Position numbers and translations under genes: made by a program. The notes under the pieces are model-generated. The model had not been told where the DNA came from. It saw only the letters and a program-made list of their open reading frames with translations, and searched no databases. A stretch of 63,344 bases of DNA, counting the filler, from Sphacelaria rigidula (taxonomy: Eukaryota), in the NCBI GenBank assembly GCA_964200075.2. It is 8 parts of 8 records of this genome, joined end to end, with 100 filler letters (N's around TTAATTAATTAA, not from the genome) between each part and the next. Parts side by side here need not be neighbours in the genome. Positions count along the whole stretch, not along the records: positions 7,933 to 15,763 come from CAXNAA020013320.1; positions 15,864 to 23,694 come from CAXNAA020013321.1; positions 23,795 to 31,624 come from CAXNAA020013322.1; 5 more parts are not named here. One strand, given 5' to 3'. Shown one piece after another: positions 10,902 to 24,499 of this stretch (within the stretch, counting starts at the first letter, position 1; each line of letters starts with the position of its first letter).

Positions 10902-13900
10902 TCAGCGTCGGAAAGCCTTGGACCGGAGCCTTCCAAGCGAGAGCTCACGTGCGGTGCTAGGAGCAAGTGACATGGTGACATCGAGTTCAAGACGCGCTCT
11001 CTCGGGAACTACTTGTAGGCGCGACTGCATGTTGTCCGCAAAGGAGATGAACCACAACACCTCCCAAACACAGAGACCCGGTTATTTTCATATATTCGGA
11101 GACGGATCAGGCTTTGTTTCAGGGCTCACAACTGCACCACTTCAGCTATCCGCGCCGCGAAGCTTCCAACACTTTCCACGCACGAGCTTTGTTGGATTCA
11201 AGCCTTCCCTGTCACACTGACTACCGAATTTTTGATCCGTCTTGTTGTCCTTACTGCCAGCATGTAAACCGTCGCATTTCCCCCTGTGATCTGAGTTACT
11301 TATCCATTTTCTTCATACCTCAAGACACACGACCCCCCCCCCGTACAACCCACACCTGTCTAACCCCGAGCTCGTGGAAAGCGAGCTGCAGCTGCTGCTC
11401 CTGCTCTTCCTGGCGCTGCGAACCCTGTTCGTGTACGAAAACCAGGGGATGGGCTTCTCTTGTCCCCTCCCGCCTCCCTCCTAACCCCCCCCTCTGTATC
11501 TGTTCTTGCTGTTGCTGATGTTGGGCCTGCATTCGATGATACTCGTGGTGAAATCCCAACCCCCCCGTTGCACCCGCGGGGGGTACCCCGCACAGCGCAG
11601 GGGGTACCCTCCCCGGGGAGGAGGATAGGCCGGACGTGAGGCTGTGGTGGTGGCCATTTTGATACCTATATCTTTTGGCGGCCGGCGAAATGAGGGGGGG
11701 TGATGATGCCGTTACGTCCATCATGTCACCGGTATCATCATTGTGCCCATCGTGTTTCTCTTCAGGACGACCAACAACGCGTCCGTTTCGGTCGTCGCCA
11801 CTGTTACCACCCGCATGTCGATTGGCCATGCTCCACTGATGCATGCCGACACCAGTACCACTGCTGCTGCTGCTACTTCTGCGTCCTCCAACTCTATTGC
11901 CGATTCCACTAGCATCAGTGCGTTCGGAGTTTCGGCTAAGCGAGGAAGAAATCGAGATCGGATCACGTGTCTGCAACAACTCGCTAGCCATCGTCGGCCG
12001 TAAAGCTGTTGCCTCGGAGGAAGATACAGTCGCTGAAAATGGCACCCCTCCCACCACGCCACCCGACGCGCCCATCATCAATATCGGCTCTCGGGAAATC
12101 CGTGGCGCTCGCTCCGACGCCCCCGGTGCTAAATCATCTATCGACATCACACTCGGCACCACTGAATTCAATCCACCGTTGTTTAGCTGCTGCTGCTCTT
12201 GCGTCAATGGCAAAATACAACCACCCGAAACAGCTCTGGAAGGCGACGGCGCCGGAAACACCCCCTGATCGCCACCATGACCCCTAGCATCAGGCGCGCC
12301 TGCTCCGGACGAAATCTCGCCTCCATCCCTGCCTCTGCCGCCGCCGCATGTCGAAAATCCGTTGGCCATGCCACTACAGCTACGCATCGGTTCGTTAACT
12401 GTCGAAGCACATTGTCGCTTTCGACCGGCCAGCCTCACTTCCCATGCCGCATTCGCCGTACCCCCCGCTGTCCCGCCGTTACCATCAACCCCTGCCACTG
12501 CACCGCCACCACGCCCCGAAGATTGAGGTGAAGCAGTAGTGCTGCGGCATGCCGTTGGGCCTGACCCTAGCCCGCCGCCGTCGCCGGGACGTTGCGGCTT
12601 ACTACTGGGTTTATCACATTCGTTCACAAGGCGTGATTTGAAAAGGGATGTCGCGGAGTTTGTGTTACTGCTTTGAGCGTGTTGTGATGGTATATGCGTC
12701 CTATTGTTGTTGCACCTATGGCTGCTGGGTTGTCCCACACCATCTTCCGATTTAATGATGCCCTCGCCGCACCCACGTGAGTGCTTTGGTGATTTTGGGA
12801 CGTGCTGCTGTGATTAGACATTGCGAGGACGCACAGCATGAGGCAGGGAATGAGGATAAATGGGCACAAAGTGAGAACCGACGGGGAAGCAAGGCTTGGA
12901 CAAAAAAAAGGGTTGAATTTCATACAAAAAGGATATCGTCGAGAAATCCACAAAAACAGGTTTACATTTCAACAAAAAGCAAAACAAATCGTGCCCACGC
13001 CCTGCGCGAGGTACATTGCAGTACACACGGTCGGACTAGTTGATGCGATGACAGTGACGACGGGGGGGAAGGGAACTACATCAGCAAACAGTACACAAGT
13101 TAACTGCATGAGGGCGCAAAAATCAAAGTCATTGAGACACGAAATATGAAAAATAAACTGGGAGAGACGAGCGGAGACGCATGCGCGCATGTGAGATGGA
13201 GAGCAACGTCACGCAGGACAATCTCCTCTTAGTATTTGCACATTCCTAGCGCAAGGTCGTCCTCCACCTGAGTGAAAACAAAGGGGTGACTTTCATGCAT
13301 GCCGCACTCCTAGAATACTTGAATGCCTCGAGGACGACGGCCGATTTCGGAATCCTGGAAAAAACACAACTTCACGTGACATAATCACACTTCTTAACGT
13401 CGATATTGAACATTCTCGGATTTACCATCACTATGATGAGAACCTGAGTGTCCTCCAAGGAGTACCTTCGTTCATATCTCCACCTCGGGTACGCTACATC
13501 ACGCGATTACGGCTGGATTCGGACTGGACAATCTTGATCCTCAGATCAACCGAAAACTCAACCACTTCAGCGGTAGACAGATCATACCTTGAAGCCGGTG
13601 TCCACCTCAGCGCCCACACCCCCAGACACAATCCCGCCGCCCGTCTCAGCAACTCCCCCGCTACCGCTGGTGCCTACAACGCCACCCCCGGCTCCCGCGC
13701 GCGCCCCGCCCGCGCTCTCACACCCGCCCACGACGTCCCTGATATTTTCATGTTTTAAATCACCTCATCATATTGCAAAATCAAGTCCCCCACATCGAAC
13801 CATGAACCATGGGACAGCATCTTCATGCTTCATGTGGTCGACGACGTTGGAATACGAGCGTGTCTTGACTACTATAGTCAACCAGAGGCGCAAAAATATG

Positions 13901-14998
13901 TCCTGTATTCTAAGCTTGCTCTCTAGGACCCTTGCCCCGCCCTCCTCGAGAATACACACACAAGCGCGCACGTATGTGTAAAGATGAAATGAACACGAGT
14001 ATCGAAGCACGAAAGGAGCGTTCACACTCACGTGCTTCCCTTCGTGTCATCGGGAACGCTGCACAACCGCTGCACACGTACAAAAACACACACAAAACCA
14101 AAAAGCTCAACCGCGCAGTCCCTCCCATGTTGTAGCACACGACACCGACAGAAAAAACAGCAGAAACGAAGACTGACAGCGGTGGATGGCGGAACGAGGC
14201 ACAAGAGCAACCAAGTGCACATATTGACTGTACACAGCACATAATGATTGCATACCTGCGATCCAACACACGTTGGGTGAGCTCTCGAGCGGCAGCAACA
14301 CCCCCAATACCCGTCGCCTCCAACCGCCGGATCTCGTGACAAATCGTAAGTGCTCTTAACGCATCTTCCCGCGAGTACCCGTAGCTCTTCATCAGCGCCT
14401 CCAACTCCTCGGCCGAAAACCCGGGCGGTGGCGCAGCCACGGGACTAACGCAGGCGTTCTCATTTTGGCTATCGTGGTGGTGCGTGCTACGCCGTAGCCG
14501 GCCGAGGAGGATCTCCGTCGCCTGTGATTGCGGGCGAAGGAGGGACGGTATGCAAATATTTTACGAAGAAGGGACCCTAGATCGCTCTTTACGCCGGTCT
14601 CCCGTCGACACGGCTCGGTACGTGAAGAGCCTATATCTTGAAGCATCGGACGGTGACCTCATCCTCCAAGTCCGTACCACGCATTAATCATCGCCCACTA
14701 GATGACACCCAGTGTAGCAGCGTTGTGTACGAAAGTAGGATGGCGCGCACGGCTCCGAATACTGAGCAGCTTGCGCATGATCTGATGCAGGCATTTGAAA
14801 AACGCCTTCTGTACCCGGGTGTCTTGCGGTAAAGGGTTCTTGCTACGGCCCATCGTCATTTTTCAACCCGTGCCTGCTGCTCACCTCAGCGCGCCCGACC
14901 CCGACGGCCATAAGCTCCGACTGCTCCCTTTGTACCGCCTCACGAAACTGCGCCTCGGCATCCCTTAGCGTCTGTTGCTCGCTCTTGTTCATATTCAT
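10902..14998 (-). CDS. Predicted 5-exon gene: hypothetical protein with UBA-like helical N-terminal region and long disordered Gly/Ser/Gln-rich C-terminus. Exons 14998-14885, 14521-14256, 13738-13588, 12807-11356, 11024-10902
   Basis: ATG at 14998 preceded by an in-frame TGA. GT-AG junctions have consistent phases (0, 2, 0, 0). Joined N-terminus: MNMNKSEQQTLRDAEAQFREAVQREQSELMAVGVGRAE-ATEILLGRLRR...FSAEELEALMKSYGYSREDALRALTIC. Exon 4 contains the 472-aa ORF. The last exon is least certain; the gene could instead stop at 11320. Confidence 0.7.
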
Positions 14999-17900
14999 TC
15001 ACCGTCTGCAAAAAATGTAAGGATGGCGAGCAAAGCATGTGGAGAAGAGAGATGAGAACGTGGGGAGGAAACAAAAGGAACAGAATAAATAATGGACGGA
15101 AGACAGAAAAGCTTGAGATTGATGGGGGGAAGGGGGGTTGCGCGTTCGCGAGAGCTGTCCTGCTGTGTACAAGACATGAAACGCGGGACACAAAAAATAG
15201 AGAAGAGGGACAAGCGGTTATCTGCGCTTCTTGTCGCAAACCGGAGGGACAGCGGTTGTACGTTCGCAGGAGGAAACAAACTACGTATGATGTTGACACA
15301 GATAGCCAGCTCACGAGAGCTTTCGTTTTAGATTAGAGACAAGGCAGATGCCGAGGCATTTCTTTGAGAGATCCTCTTCTGTTGGTATTACAATAGTCAA
15401 CGACGCTGCCCTTCGATGGGGTACGACAAAGCAGACACACCGCCAGGACGCCGAACAAAACAACACACACACACATACACTTCGGACGTTTGGAATTCTG
15501 TTACTTACAAGAATAGCGTAGACAAAAAGCTTCAAGGCTGCTTTTCATCTTAGAAAAAGCCGGCTGTGTACAAGCCGGGCCGGCCAAGACGCCATTTTTC
15601 AAGCAATATCGCCATGCCCCTCTCATTTTTTTGAGTTTGGACCTGAAATTTTGACACGTGATTTTGAGTACCCTTGCCCAGACATTGGAAGGAATTAGCA
15701 AAAAATAAAATAAAAAATCCCATAGTTTTCGTCAAAAATGTGATCGTGAAATACGTTGAGGGGNNNNNNNNNNNNNNNNNNNNNNNNNNNNNNNNNNNNN
15801 NNNNNNNTTAATTAATTAANNNNNNNNNNNNNNNNNNNNNNNNNNNNNNNNNNNNNNNNNNNNGAAAGGGATGCGTGGTCAATGGTCGAACGACTAAGGC
15901 AACCAACAAATGAGTACGCCCCCCCCACCCCCCCGTGGTAGCATGACTTGGGGGTGATTTCGCCTAAAAGTGGAGAGACATTACTTGCCGGTTACTCGTC
16001 CACCTTATTCAATTTGGCACCAGATGATACACGGTATCATAGTGTCGTGGGAAGATGGCATCTTATCTATTTTTTCAATGAAGCTCTCTCCCACGATGAT
16101 ATGCTAGTTAGTGAACGTTGATCGTGATGGGGATGAACCCTTGAGCTTCGCGGAGAGACGATGATTTTTCAACGTTCTGGTTGGTGAATGGCGGGCACAA
16201 ACTAGACCGGGGATATTGACATCCTCTATCTATGTCAAAGACACTCCGTGGCTTACGGAGTATACCACTCGGGGCCATACGAAACACAAGTTCAGTTTTC
16301 TCTACAAAGCAAGGTCCCGTACTGCCATCGTAACATAATGTTTACTACTGAAAGTTCATGGAGAGATTGCGTTGCTTCACTGTGAGGAATGATACCATGC
16401 GACGGACCTTATCGAGTATCTCCCCCTCGCACACTTGTTGGGACTGCCGAGTCATTTTCTCGGCGAACTTGTGGAACTACTTCGCAAACGCCGGTCGTGG
16501 GTGTTATACAGGGTATAGCACCCGAGGGCAATGAAAAATCTAACCTAGCCCTTTCTGTAGTAAACTGAGGCGGACAACCGGCTCTCGAAAAAGTTGAGTT
16601 TCGTCGGGAAAAAGGTCTTGGCGGGAGGCGTCTTTTCCAACGCAATGACGTGTGGCAGTATGCGGATACACGGCCATATCATACGAATTTCAGCGATGAT
16701 GATGAATCCTTCGATGGCAGTGGGGTCCCACTACTGTTTGTATTTCATGAGTAGGCTTTCACATACTCACATTTACGTTCCGAATGACGTTTCTTCTACA
16801 TGCAGTGCTCTCTTGTATATTTTTCCAGTGAAAATTGAGGACATACTACTCGTAGGCAAATACTGTTCACCGTGTTAGTCTTCGACGACCGTCTTTCCGT
16901 CACTGGCAAAATAGGCGCAAGACTAATTTCGGAAGTGTTTGAATATAAATATAGAAATGTACATTTACAGCGGTTACTAGTCGGAACTAGAAGCCAAGAT
17001 GCGTAGCACCGCAAAGCAGCTATCACGGTAGATGTCACGGTAAGGAAATTTGTTACTGCATATCTGGCTGTTTCCCCAATATTTTGGAGAAAACATATCC
17101 TTCTGTTTTTTTGTTTTTTTTCGAGTCCTGTCAGTTGCAAGGTAAGTCCCATAGGGTAACCCTCGAGCCAGGAAGATACCAGCGTAATTCCGCTGGGTCA
17201 TGCCCCAACTGCTGGACGTGTGAAAAATGTTCCGAACCGGAGGAAGAGTTTCCCCGAAGATGTACATACTGACGGTCAACCGTAACAAAAATGGTTGAGG
17301 CGATTCACGTTTATTCCGAAACGGCACATTTTCTGCCGAACCGGCACGTGTTGCACCCAGCGACAGAAGGCATTTACCGACCACGATCCGGAACCGCACA
17401 ACGATCGGCTCTGCTGAAAACAATCACAGATGATGATGGCTGCGTTCGGGCCAGGTCGCACCGTGATAAATCTCACGCTATGGCATCGTTTAACCGAGCG
17501 GCGAGGGGTACAACATCAATCTCACGTGAGCATTTCTCAAGCGGTTGAGGAGCTCGGGCACGTAGAAGTCATCCGTGTGACGCCGCTCATGTGAAGAGCC
17601 TCAGACGTATTTCTGTGGATTCTGTTTTTTCCTTGAAGGAAGGAGGAAGCTTCACCCAACACTTACCCCGCGATTGGGTTCGTGCGCCGAATACCCGGAG
17701 GCTCGGCTAGACCACCTCGCGGCAGTCATGTGGGGTAGGCGCCTAGAGTGTTCGGAAAGCTTAGCTCAAGGCAGGGTGGGGGTTGAACCCACTAACTTCC
17801 CCCCCGTGAACTCGGCGCAGTGCACGCGCCACCCTACTCTTGTCAGCTCCGGTCCTATGTCCAAGGGGACCTGTGGCACATCTTCCAGGAGCCATACCCC

Positions 17901-18647
17901 CCACGCTCAACCGCCGAAATATTCCGGTAAAATGCGGATTCCCCACTTTTGTTCCCAGCTTACGCATGGGATTTTTACAGCTGTATCCAGCGAAATAGTT
18001 TTTTATTTTTCATAGTCCAGGCATCGCCGAGGTATTCTTTCGTTGCTGAAAATTCAGGTCAGAACAGGCTTGTCTGCTTTCTTTTCTCTTTTTCGTTGCT
18101 TTTGTTTTTGTTTTTGGAGTCTGAGAAATAACGACGAGAGCTCATATCTCTTGTAAGGAATACCAGGAACGGTATTGGAAAGACGAGCCTACGTCTGTGA
18201 CCACGTGTTCGAGGTATGAGGTCAATGCGCGGAAAAATAATGGTAAACATAATAACAGGTGCAGTTTTGTGGGGGTATAACACAATACAGTGGTCAAACT
18301 TCAAATATGGTATTCACTCATTCGGGATTTTTTCACGAGACGGTTTGTCACCTTCACTCGAGAGCTCGAGAGTCAGTAAGCGTTGGAAGAAGAAGCAGGT
18401 CGTCCCCAGGACATATTTGCCGATTTTGTGCTGTCGAAGTGCATGATACAGAGTAGGACCACGTATATCGAGGAGGTGTCGTTGACCGCATATGACCCCA
18501 AAATACGGTTTTTCAGCTGTAGCGCAAGGAATATCGAGATAACAGAAAGAACCAACCTGGAGGCATCATGATAGTAGTATTAGTTCATTACAGCCTGGTT
18601 CAGGGTGAATGGCCGGAACTTATTCCCAGCGATCCTTCCCGCCGTTG

Positions 18648-18832
18648 TCTTTGAGTTGGACCCTGAAAAATTGCACACGGGTGCTCTGAGATACTATATT
18701 TCAAAACCCTGACACCGCCTCCTAGGACCCCGGATATCTGGCGAGAGAAAAAAAACGGAAGACCCCATTCTTGCAGCCTGTCTGAATATCTCGGAGGGCC
18801 TGTGTGCAATTTTTCAGGGTCCAACTCAAAGA
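18648..18832. mobile_element. 185-bp MITE with perfect 31-bp TIRs (GAGTTGGACCCTGAAA family)
   Basis: tctttgagttggaccctgaaaaattgcacac (18648-18678) is the exact reverse complement of 18802-18832. Related motifs at ~15633 and 39845. Confidence 0.85.
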
Positions 18833-20700
18833 AAATAGTGGGAAGAATTGCCCGCATGTGCATTGAAGTATACACATGTACACAGAATCCCCCCAGATAC
18901 TTGATTATTGCACGCTACCAACATTCTCTTGGGGCCCTTGAGCTGAAATCGACTATTATTTGAGATCAGCTTTTCGAGTTACGCAACGAAAGTTTGTACA
19001 AGCATTCGTTGGACTGCCTCGGGACGAGTCGAATTCGACGTTCGTGTTTTTAGAAGCAGTCTGTAACGACTTCTGATTATCTTCACGCTAGGAACACCGG
19101 AAGCCGGTAGAGAGCGGGTACACTTTGAAGCATTCTTCAGTCTATTTTTTCCCCGTCTCATTCGTAGCACCCATATTCACCAAACCGCGAAGTTTGAGGA
19201 TGATCAGAGCTTTCCTACAAACGCTACAAGGAAAAACGTGAAGAGGTTTTCTGGGTCTTCAATACCTATCGCCGTTGGAAATTCGACGACGCCAAAACCT
19301 CACGTCACCGAAATACCACGTTCTGGAGTACGACTCGATCACACACAAACTGTTCTCAAATCTGCTATGTGGGTTAAATCTCCTAGCCCATGGCGGTTAC
19401 TGAAATTGATTTGTGATGAGACTGGGTGCAAACTGAGTGAGGCATTCGTACTTTGTCTTTTCCGAATAATTTGAAGGTCCCTGATTGGCTGAGAAACATT
19501 GTCACCACCAGCGCCACGGCAAGGGACGCAAGAAAAACTCTGGTCATGTCACACTGTTCGCTCGGTCGTGGGGGTTGATATGACTCCAAAAACCTTTCTA
19601 TAGGATTAGCTTTGCGTTCTGTATCTGGTGGGGATGAACTTTGGGCATTCGCCCTGAAGCAGCCTGCATAACGATGCGAATCGGTTTCGCCGAGCGAAAA
19701 TATCAAAGAGGGAGAACCAGGGGCTGTACGCTCGTACGGTCCCCAGAGACCCGTGAGCCCGTTCATCGTTCAACATTGGTCTTATATTATTTTTTTCTTT
19801 CGAAAACTGTGTGGGGGTACTCGTGCCTCTGGATTCCCAAAGTTTGAGATCAAACAGAAACCGGGATGAGTCGTGGTATCCGAAAACCTGAAAAAATATA
19901 AAACGCTCTCAATCGCTTTTTTTTTTTCAAAAGCTCTACAACTATAGCATGCGTACCACCCCCGGCAATGTTTTTTTTTAAATATTTTTCTGTGTTGATA
20001 TAGGAGGTGCCAGGAAAGTCTGTGTTTGGTTTGAGAGAAACGCCGTGCTAAACGTGTTCGTCACGGTGTTGTTCGGCCATGAGAGATTTACTTGTGTTCA
20101 GTGTTGCGTTTGAGGCGTATAGAACACCTTAAACTCAATATTACGAAATGATTTGATGTCTCGAAAGTACACGGGAGTCATTGTACAATAGGGGTGGAGG
20201 GGAAGGGTGTTCGATTTCAGGCGAGAAAGGGCTCATAGGCGCGTTAGACGACCTAACACACTCGCGGTGCGCTCGTATTTGGGTGAAAACGGTGTCAAAC
20301 ACTATGAATGAGCGTCATTTGTCGGCAAAAAGCGCGTTCAAACGACCATTGCTGCTTTCAACGACGAGTTGACGTGGGTTTGCGTGTATCAAATGCCCCA
20401 GATACTCCCCTCCTCCTGTAGTATTGCATGACCCTAGGACGCCTAAGACTCCATATTACGCACCAATCTGATAAATCGAAAGTAAAGTGTACAAGAATTC
20501 TTCACCGAGAGGTGGTTGATTTGTTTTTTTTTACCAGGGTATGACGTTACCCAGGATCTCCGCTGAACCCCAACCCCCCTCGTGCCTCAAGTGTCAACGG
20601 TGTACAATACACAGCAGTTAGGATCATTGGGATGCAGACTTCAGGGGCTACGCTACGTAATATATGGTCAATAACGTGGTCTTAATCGAAATACAGACAG

Positions 20701-20760
20701 TACGGACCAATCAAGACACGTACGGACCAATCAAGACACATACTACGGACCAATCAAGAT
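20701..20760. repeat. Three tandem copies of a ~20-bp CCAAT-containing unit
   Basis: tacggaccaatcaaga occurs three times, just upstream of the 20822 acceptor. Confidence 0.85.
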
Positions 20761-20821
20761 TGATGACATTTTTTACCTTTTTGTTTGTTTCGTATGCTCT
20801 GTGCCTGTTTTTTTCCCTCAG

Positions 20822-21744
20822 GAGGCCGAAAGGAAGGAGGAAGGAGACTTCTGCGAGAGAATTAAAACGGCCATGAACGAGATGTTGGAGAAGCGCGAAG
20901 CCGAGGTGAAGGAGGTGAACATGATGAAGGAGGCCATGACAGCGGAGGCCAGTGACTTTCTCAAGCTGGGTGGAGATCTGCAGACGGCCACGTGAGTGAA
21001 TAATGCACACGTAGAAAGAGAACGAGGAACGTGTCAAATGACTCTTGTTGTCGGTCGGTTGATTGTTTTTTCAACACTTGCCTCTTGCGAACTAACTCGT
21101 CCGCTCCGTATCCAGCCGTGTCCCGATATGAACACACCCCAAAGACGACAAAACATATTGGAACATCGGCAATGTAAATGGCTACCCGGGTGTCTAAAGG
21201 ACGTTACGGGCTTTATCCCGTGAAAAAACAAACAAACAAGGAAACGCAAGGAGGAAGAATGGACAAAAAAGAAGCAAAAGATGGTGAGCTAGGTAGGGGT
21301 GTTGGGCTACAAGAATGGTCCCGAAAATATACTACTGCGGGGATATATGTACGCGAAGATCCGACCGGGGCGAGAACGCCTCCTCCGTTTGTGTCCGATC
21401 AAGTCTGGAGAGGTACAAACAGTCGGAGGCAGCAAGGAGGCGCGCATCCAATACCAAAACGGATGGGTGCCGGTAACACAATGGGAAGGACGGCAACGCA
21501 ACAGCATAAGTGATATACGGTTGGAGGGAACAGTAGCAACCTAGGATGTCTGACTTCAGCTGAACGTTGACAACCTGAACAACTCCACCTGTTCTTCAAT
21601 GCATGCCGGTAAATCTGCACCCAAAGCCGTGGCCCTAACTCTCCGTTCGTACGGCGGGTCACCATTGCCCTCGTGTGGTTTACAGGAAGCACGGCAAGCT
21701 CCTACAGAAGAAGCTCGACATTGCTCACGCAGAGGCCCGCAGGG
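20822..21744 (+). CDS. Two internal exons (20822-20991, 21686-21744) of a coiled-coil protein
   Basis: Pyrimidine tract + CAG acceptors and GTGAGT donors. The phase-compatible join gives EAERKEEGDFCERIKTAMNEMLEKREAEVKEVNMMKEAMTAEASDFLKLGGDLQTAT-KHGKLLQKKLDIAHAEARR. Confidence 0.75.
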
Positions 21745-22840
21745 GTGAGTGGTGGTGAGGTCGTGAGGTAGTGTTGTGCCGTAGATACGCTGGGCTAAAT
21801 TTTAACTGCGCTGGCGTATATCCAGGTAGATGCGCCAGATGACCCTTGATATATATGGTGTCTCAGTATGAAGATGAAGTCAAGAAGACATACCTTCTGC
21901 TGCGTTAGTGCCGCCCTGGTCTGGGGTAGCACCATGTTTTTGGAGGGATGGCGCGTCACGCGTAAACAGAGGGCGGGGTGAGGAAACACGTGCAGCCTCC
22001 CCCCCTTCCCCCCCGAGGCCGGAGTCAGTCAATGGTCAAACGACTAAGGCAAGCATCAAATGAGTACGCCCCGAGGCCGGACGTGTCTCCGTTAGGAGTG
22101 GGAACAGTGCTCCGTCTCGAAAGGGAAACGTGGTTAGTGGTTAATGATGATCACACTACTGAGGCGGGCATCAAATGAGTACGCCCCCCGCCGATGTCAA
22201 TTGTCTAATGAGTACAGCATGCAGTATCGTGAGTACACCCATTCCCTTCCCCCCTGGTGCCAAGAGGTACCTTGTACCAGGCGATACGGGGGTACGGATG
22301 GTTTTTTGGGACCACCTACTGTGCAATCAACTGAGGAAGCTCCGTCTCTCAAGGTCGGCAACCCTTTGAACCCCCTTGAGGCACGAATGTCTTGAAAATA
22401 GTGTATGTCAAGTCAGGTTAGGGTGACACTGTGGCGACGGGCACACGAAAAGGCAGTTGCAGAAGCTATCAGGAACGCTATCGACCAGGGACGCTGAACG
22501 TAGGCGTGTTTCAGTTCCACATTTGCCCGGGTCGGATGAATGTGTTCGACGGTAGGCACATCGCATGTATCGACGATATGCAATGCTTTTTTGTACATGT
22601 TGGTCACGAAATATTTTGGTCATAATTCACTTACTATGACCAACCCTGGAACGAATTTATTCTTTCGATAAGAACTCTCTAGCTAGATCTTGAGGGCGTC
22701 TGTCTGTGCGGGCCGATGAAAGTTCACACGTCGCACATCTTATGAGTCAATTCAGTTGTGTGGCAAAACGCCCGGCAGTGGGAATAGGTACCGCTGAGTT
22801 ATATCGTACACCTCAACCAGAGGAAACAGGCGCCGCTGAG

Positions 22841-23260
22841 TTATACCGTATGACTTGGCGCTACGTTATACGAAAATGAGTCAAGTAGGATCAAGGTTAG
22901 ACTAATGCCGAGATAGCCCCCCACACAAAAAGTGCACCGGAGACCGTCCGACAAACCGGCTGCGATCCCATTGTAGGGCTCGTTGGCAGCAATTTCGCCC
23001 ACATGAGAGACGGGTGGCAGTCTGAAATCAGCTAAAACGCCCAAATGAGTCGCGTCACGCCGCGCGAAACCAGCTCTAACAGCATTCATGACCATCATCT
23101 CCGCGTAATGTTTTTGGTCGGTTCGAGGGGGGGCTATCTCGGCAGCAGTCGTTATTTGAGTTGGCCGACGCGTTGAATCTTTGCCCACGTCTTGAGTCCT
23201 CCACGGAACACTGCTGAGCCGTGTTTCAGACCAGTGACCCGTCTCACCGATGCGGAACTC
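22841..23260 (-). pseudogene. Possible decayed tyrosine-recombinase (DIRS/Ngaro-like) fragment
   Basis: Loose resemblance of RRPT...HLGVLADFRLPPVSHVGEIAA...GLR to the YR box-I region (RxP.T...LG....LR.gE). Weak, motif-level only. Confidence 0.25.
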
Positions 23261-23439
23261 GAGCTTCCTTACTGTACATGTATGAGGTCCGTTTGAAGGC
23301 TACCGGTTAGAGAGTTCATGGACTAAGTTGACCGTCAATTACACCCGAAAACAAACAGGGTATATGTCACTTATGTTTGTTTCTTTTTCTGTTCCTTTTT
23401 TGTTTTTTTTCTGTCCCTTTTTTTTCTTCTTCCCTCAGA

Positions 23440-23518
23440 GCGTGTGTCAGTTTCGTTTTCCCTGGGTACGTCTATCATGGGACCACGGCTGGACCCCTGG
23501 GGGGTCAGTTAAAGTGCG

Positions 23519-23556
<38 letters not shown>
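23440..23556 (+). mobile_element. 3' end of non-LTR retroelement with (CAAT)n tail
   Basis: atcatgggaccacggctggacccctgggggtcagttaaagtgcgac followed by about nine CAAT repeats. Homologous to 6820-6905; a similar tail lies at ~30525-30552 (minus). Confidence 0.65.
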
Positions 23557-23557
<1 letters not shown>

Positions 23558-24499
23558 GGGGTGCGCTTCAGAGAACCCTCGAAACCTGACTCTCCCGACC
23601 AAGTCAATATATATGCACAACACGATTACGAAAGAATTGGGGGCGATGCTCGCGATACCCCCATTCCCCGATTGGGTTGGCGTCGGTCGGCGATNNNNNN
23701 NNNNNNNNNNNNNNNNNNNNNNNNNNNNNNNNNNNNNNTTAATTAATTAANNNNNNNNNNNNNNNNNNNNNNNNNNNNNNNNNNNNNNNNNNNNAATATG
23801 AGACGCTTCATGCAACCTGAACCCGAACATCAGGCGCTGTATGGCCATTTTTTTCGTGACACTTGTAGCTGGTTTTTTTTTGGGGGGGGGGGATCGTAGA
23901 AAGTGTCTGCCGCTGAATATGCCCAACGGCTTGTAGCTTGATCCCTCCTCGTTGAAGGCGTTTTGATGATTACATGAGCCTTTGACACATGGCTCGGAAT
24001 ATCAGCACCATTTGGTCGGAAGTACTTGAGATGTACAGGCACCAGTAGCTGATGGCAGGTGTATTTGGATCTGGGCAAGGGTCACGTGCGTTTTTGTTCC
24101 TCGTCTGTAACGTAATTTGAAGGGAATATGAACCCTTCTGGGAACCCTTCCCTCCCGTCCCCTGTCCAGACGCCTTCTTATTTCAAGGGCTGGCTCACAG
24201 AGAGAACAAAGGATGGAAAACGAAAATACAGAAAACAACAACTTTTTGTGGCGGAAAGTCACAGAAGAGCATAGGTCATGCTCGCACCAGAAATGTCACC
24301 CCGGTGCAATGGGATTAGTTTTATCGGATGAGGGGACACAACGAGTAGAGTATGTTCAACTTTGTACGCAGCAAAAACCAGTACCACGGCCTCTGAATTC
24401 CATTAAAAAAATCAGCACCACCTCTAGAGTTTCTATTTGTTTAGTCCCGTGTGGTACTGCGGCACACACTTATATTGGTGACGCACCCCACCGGAGTAT

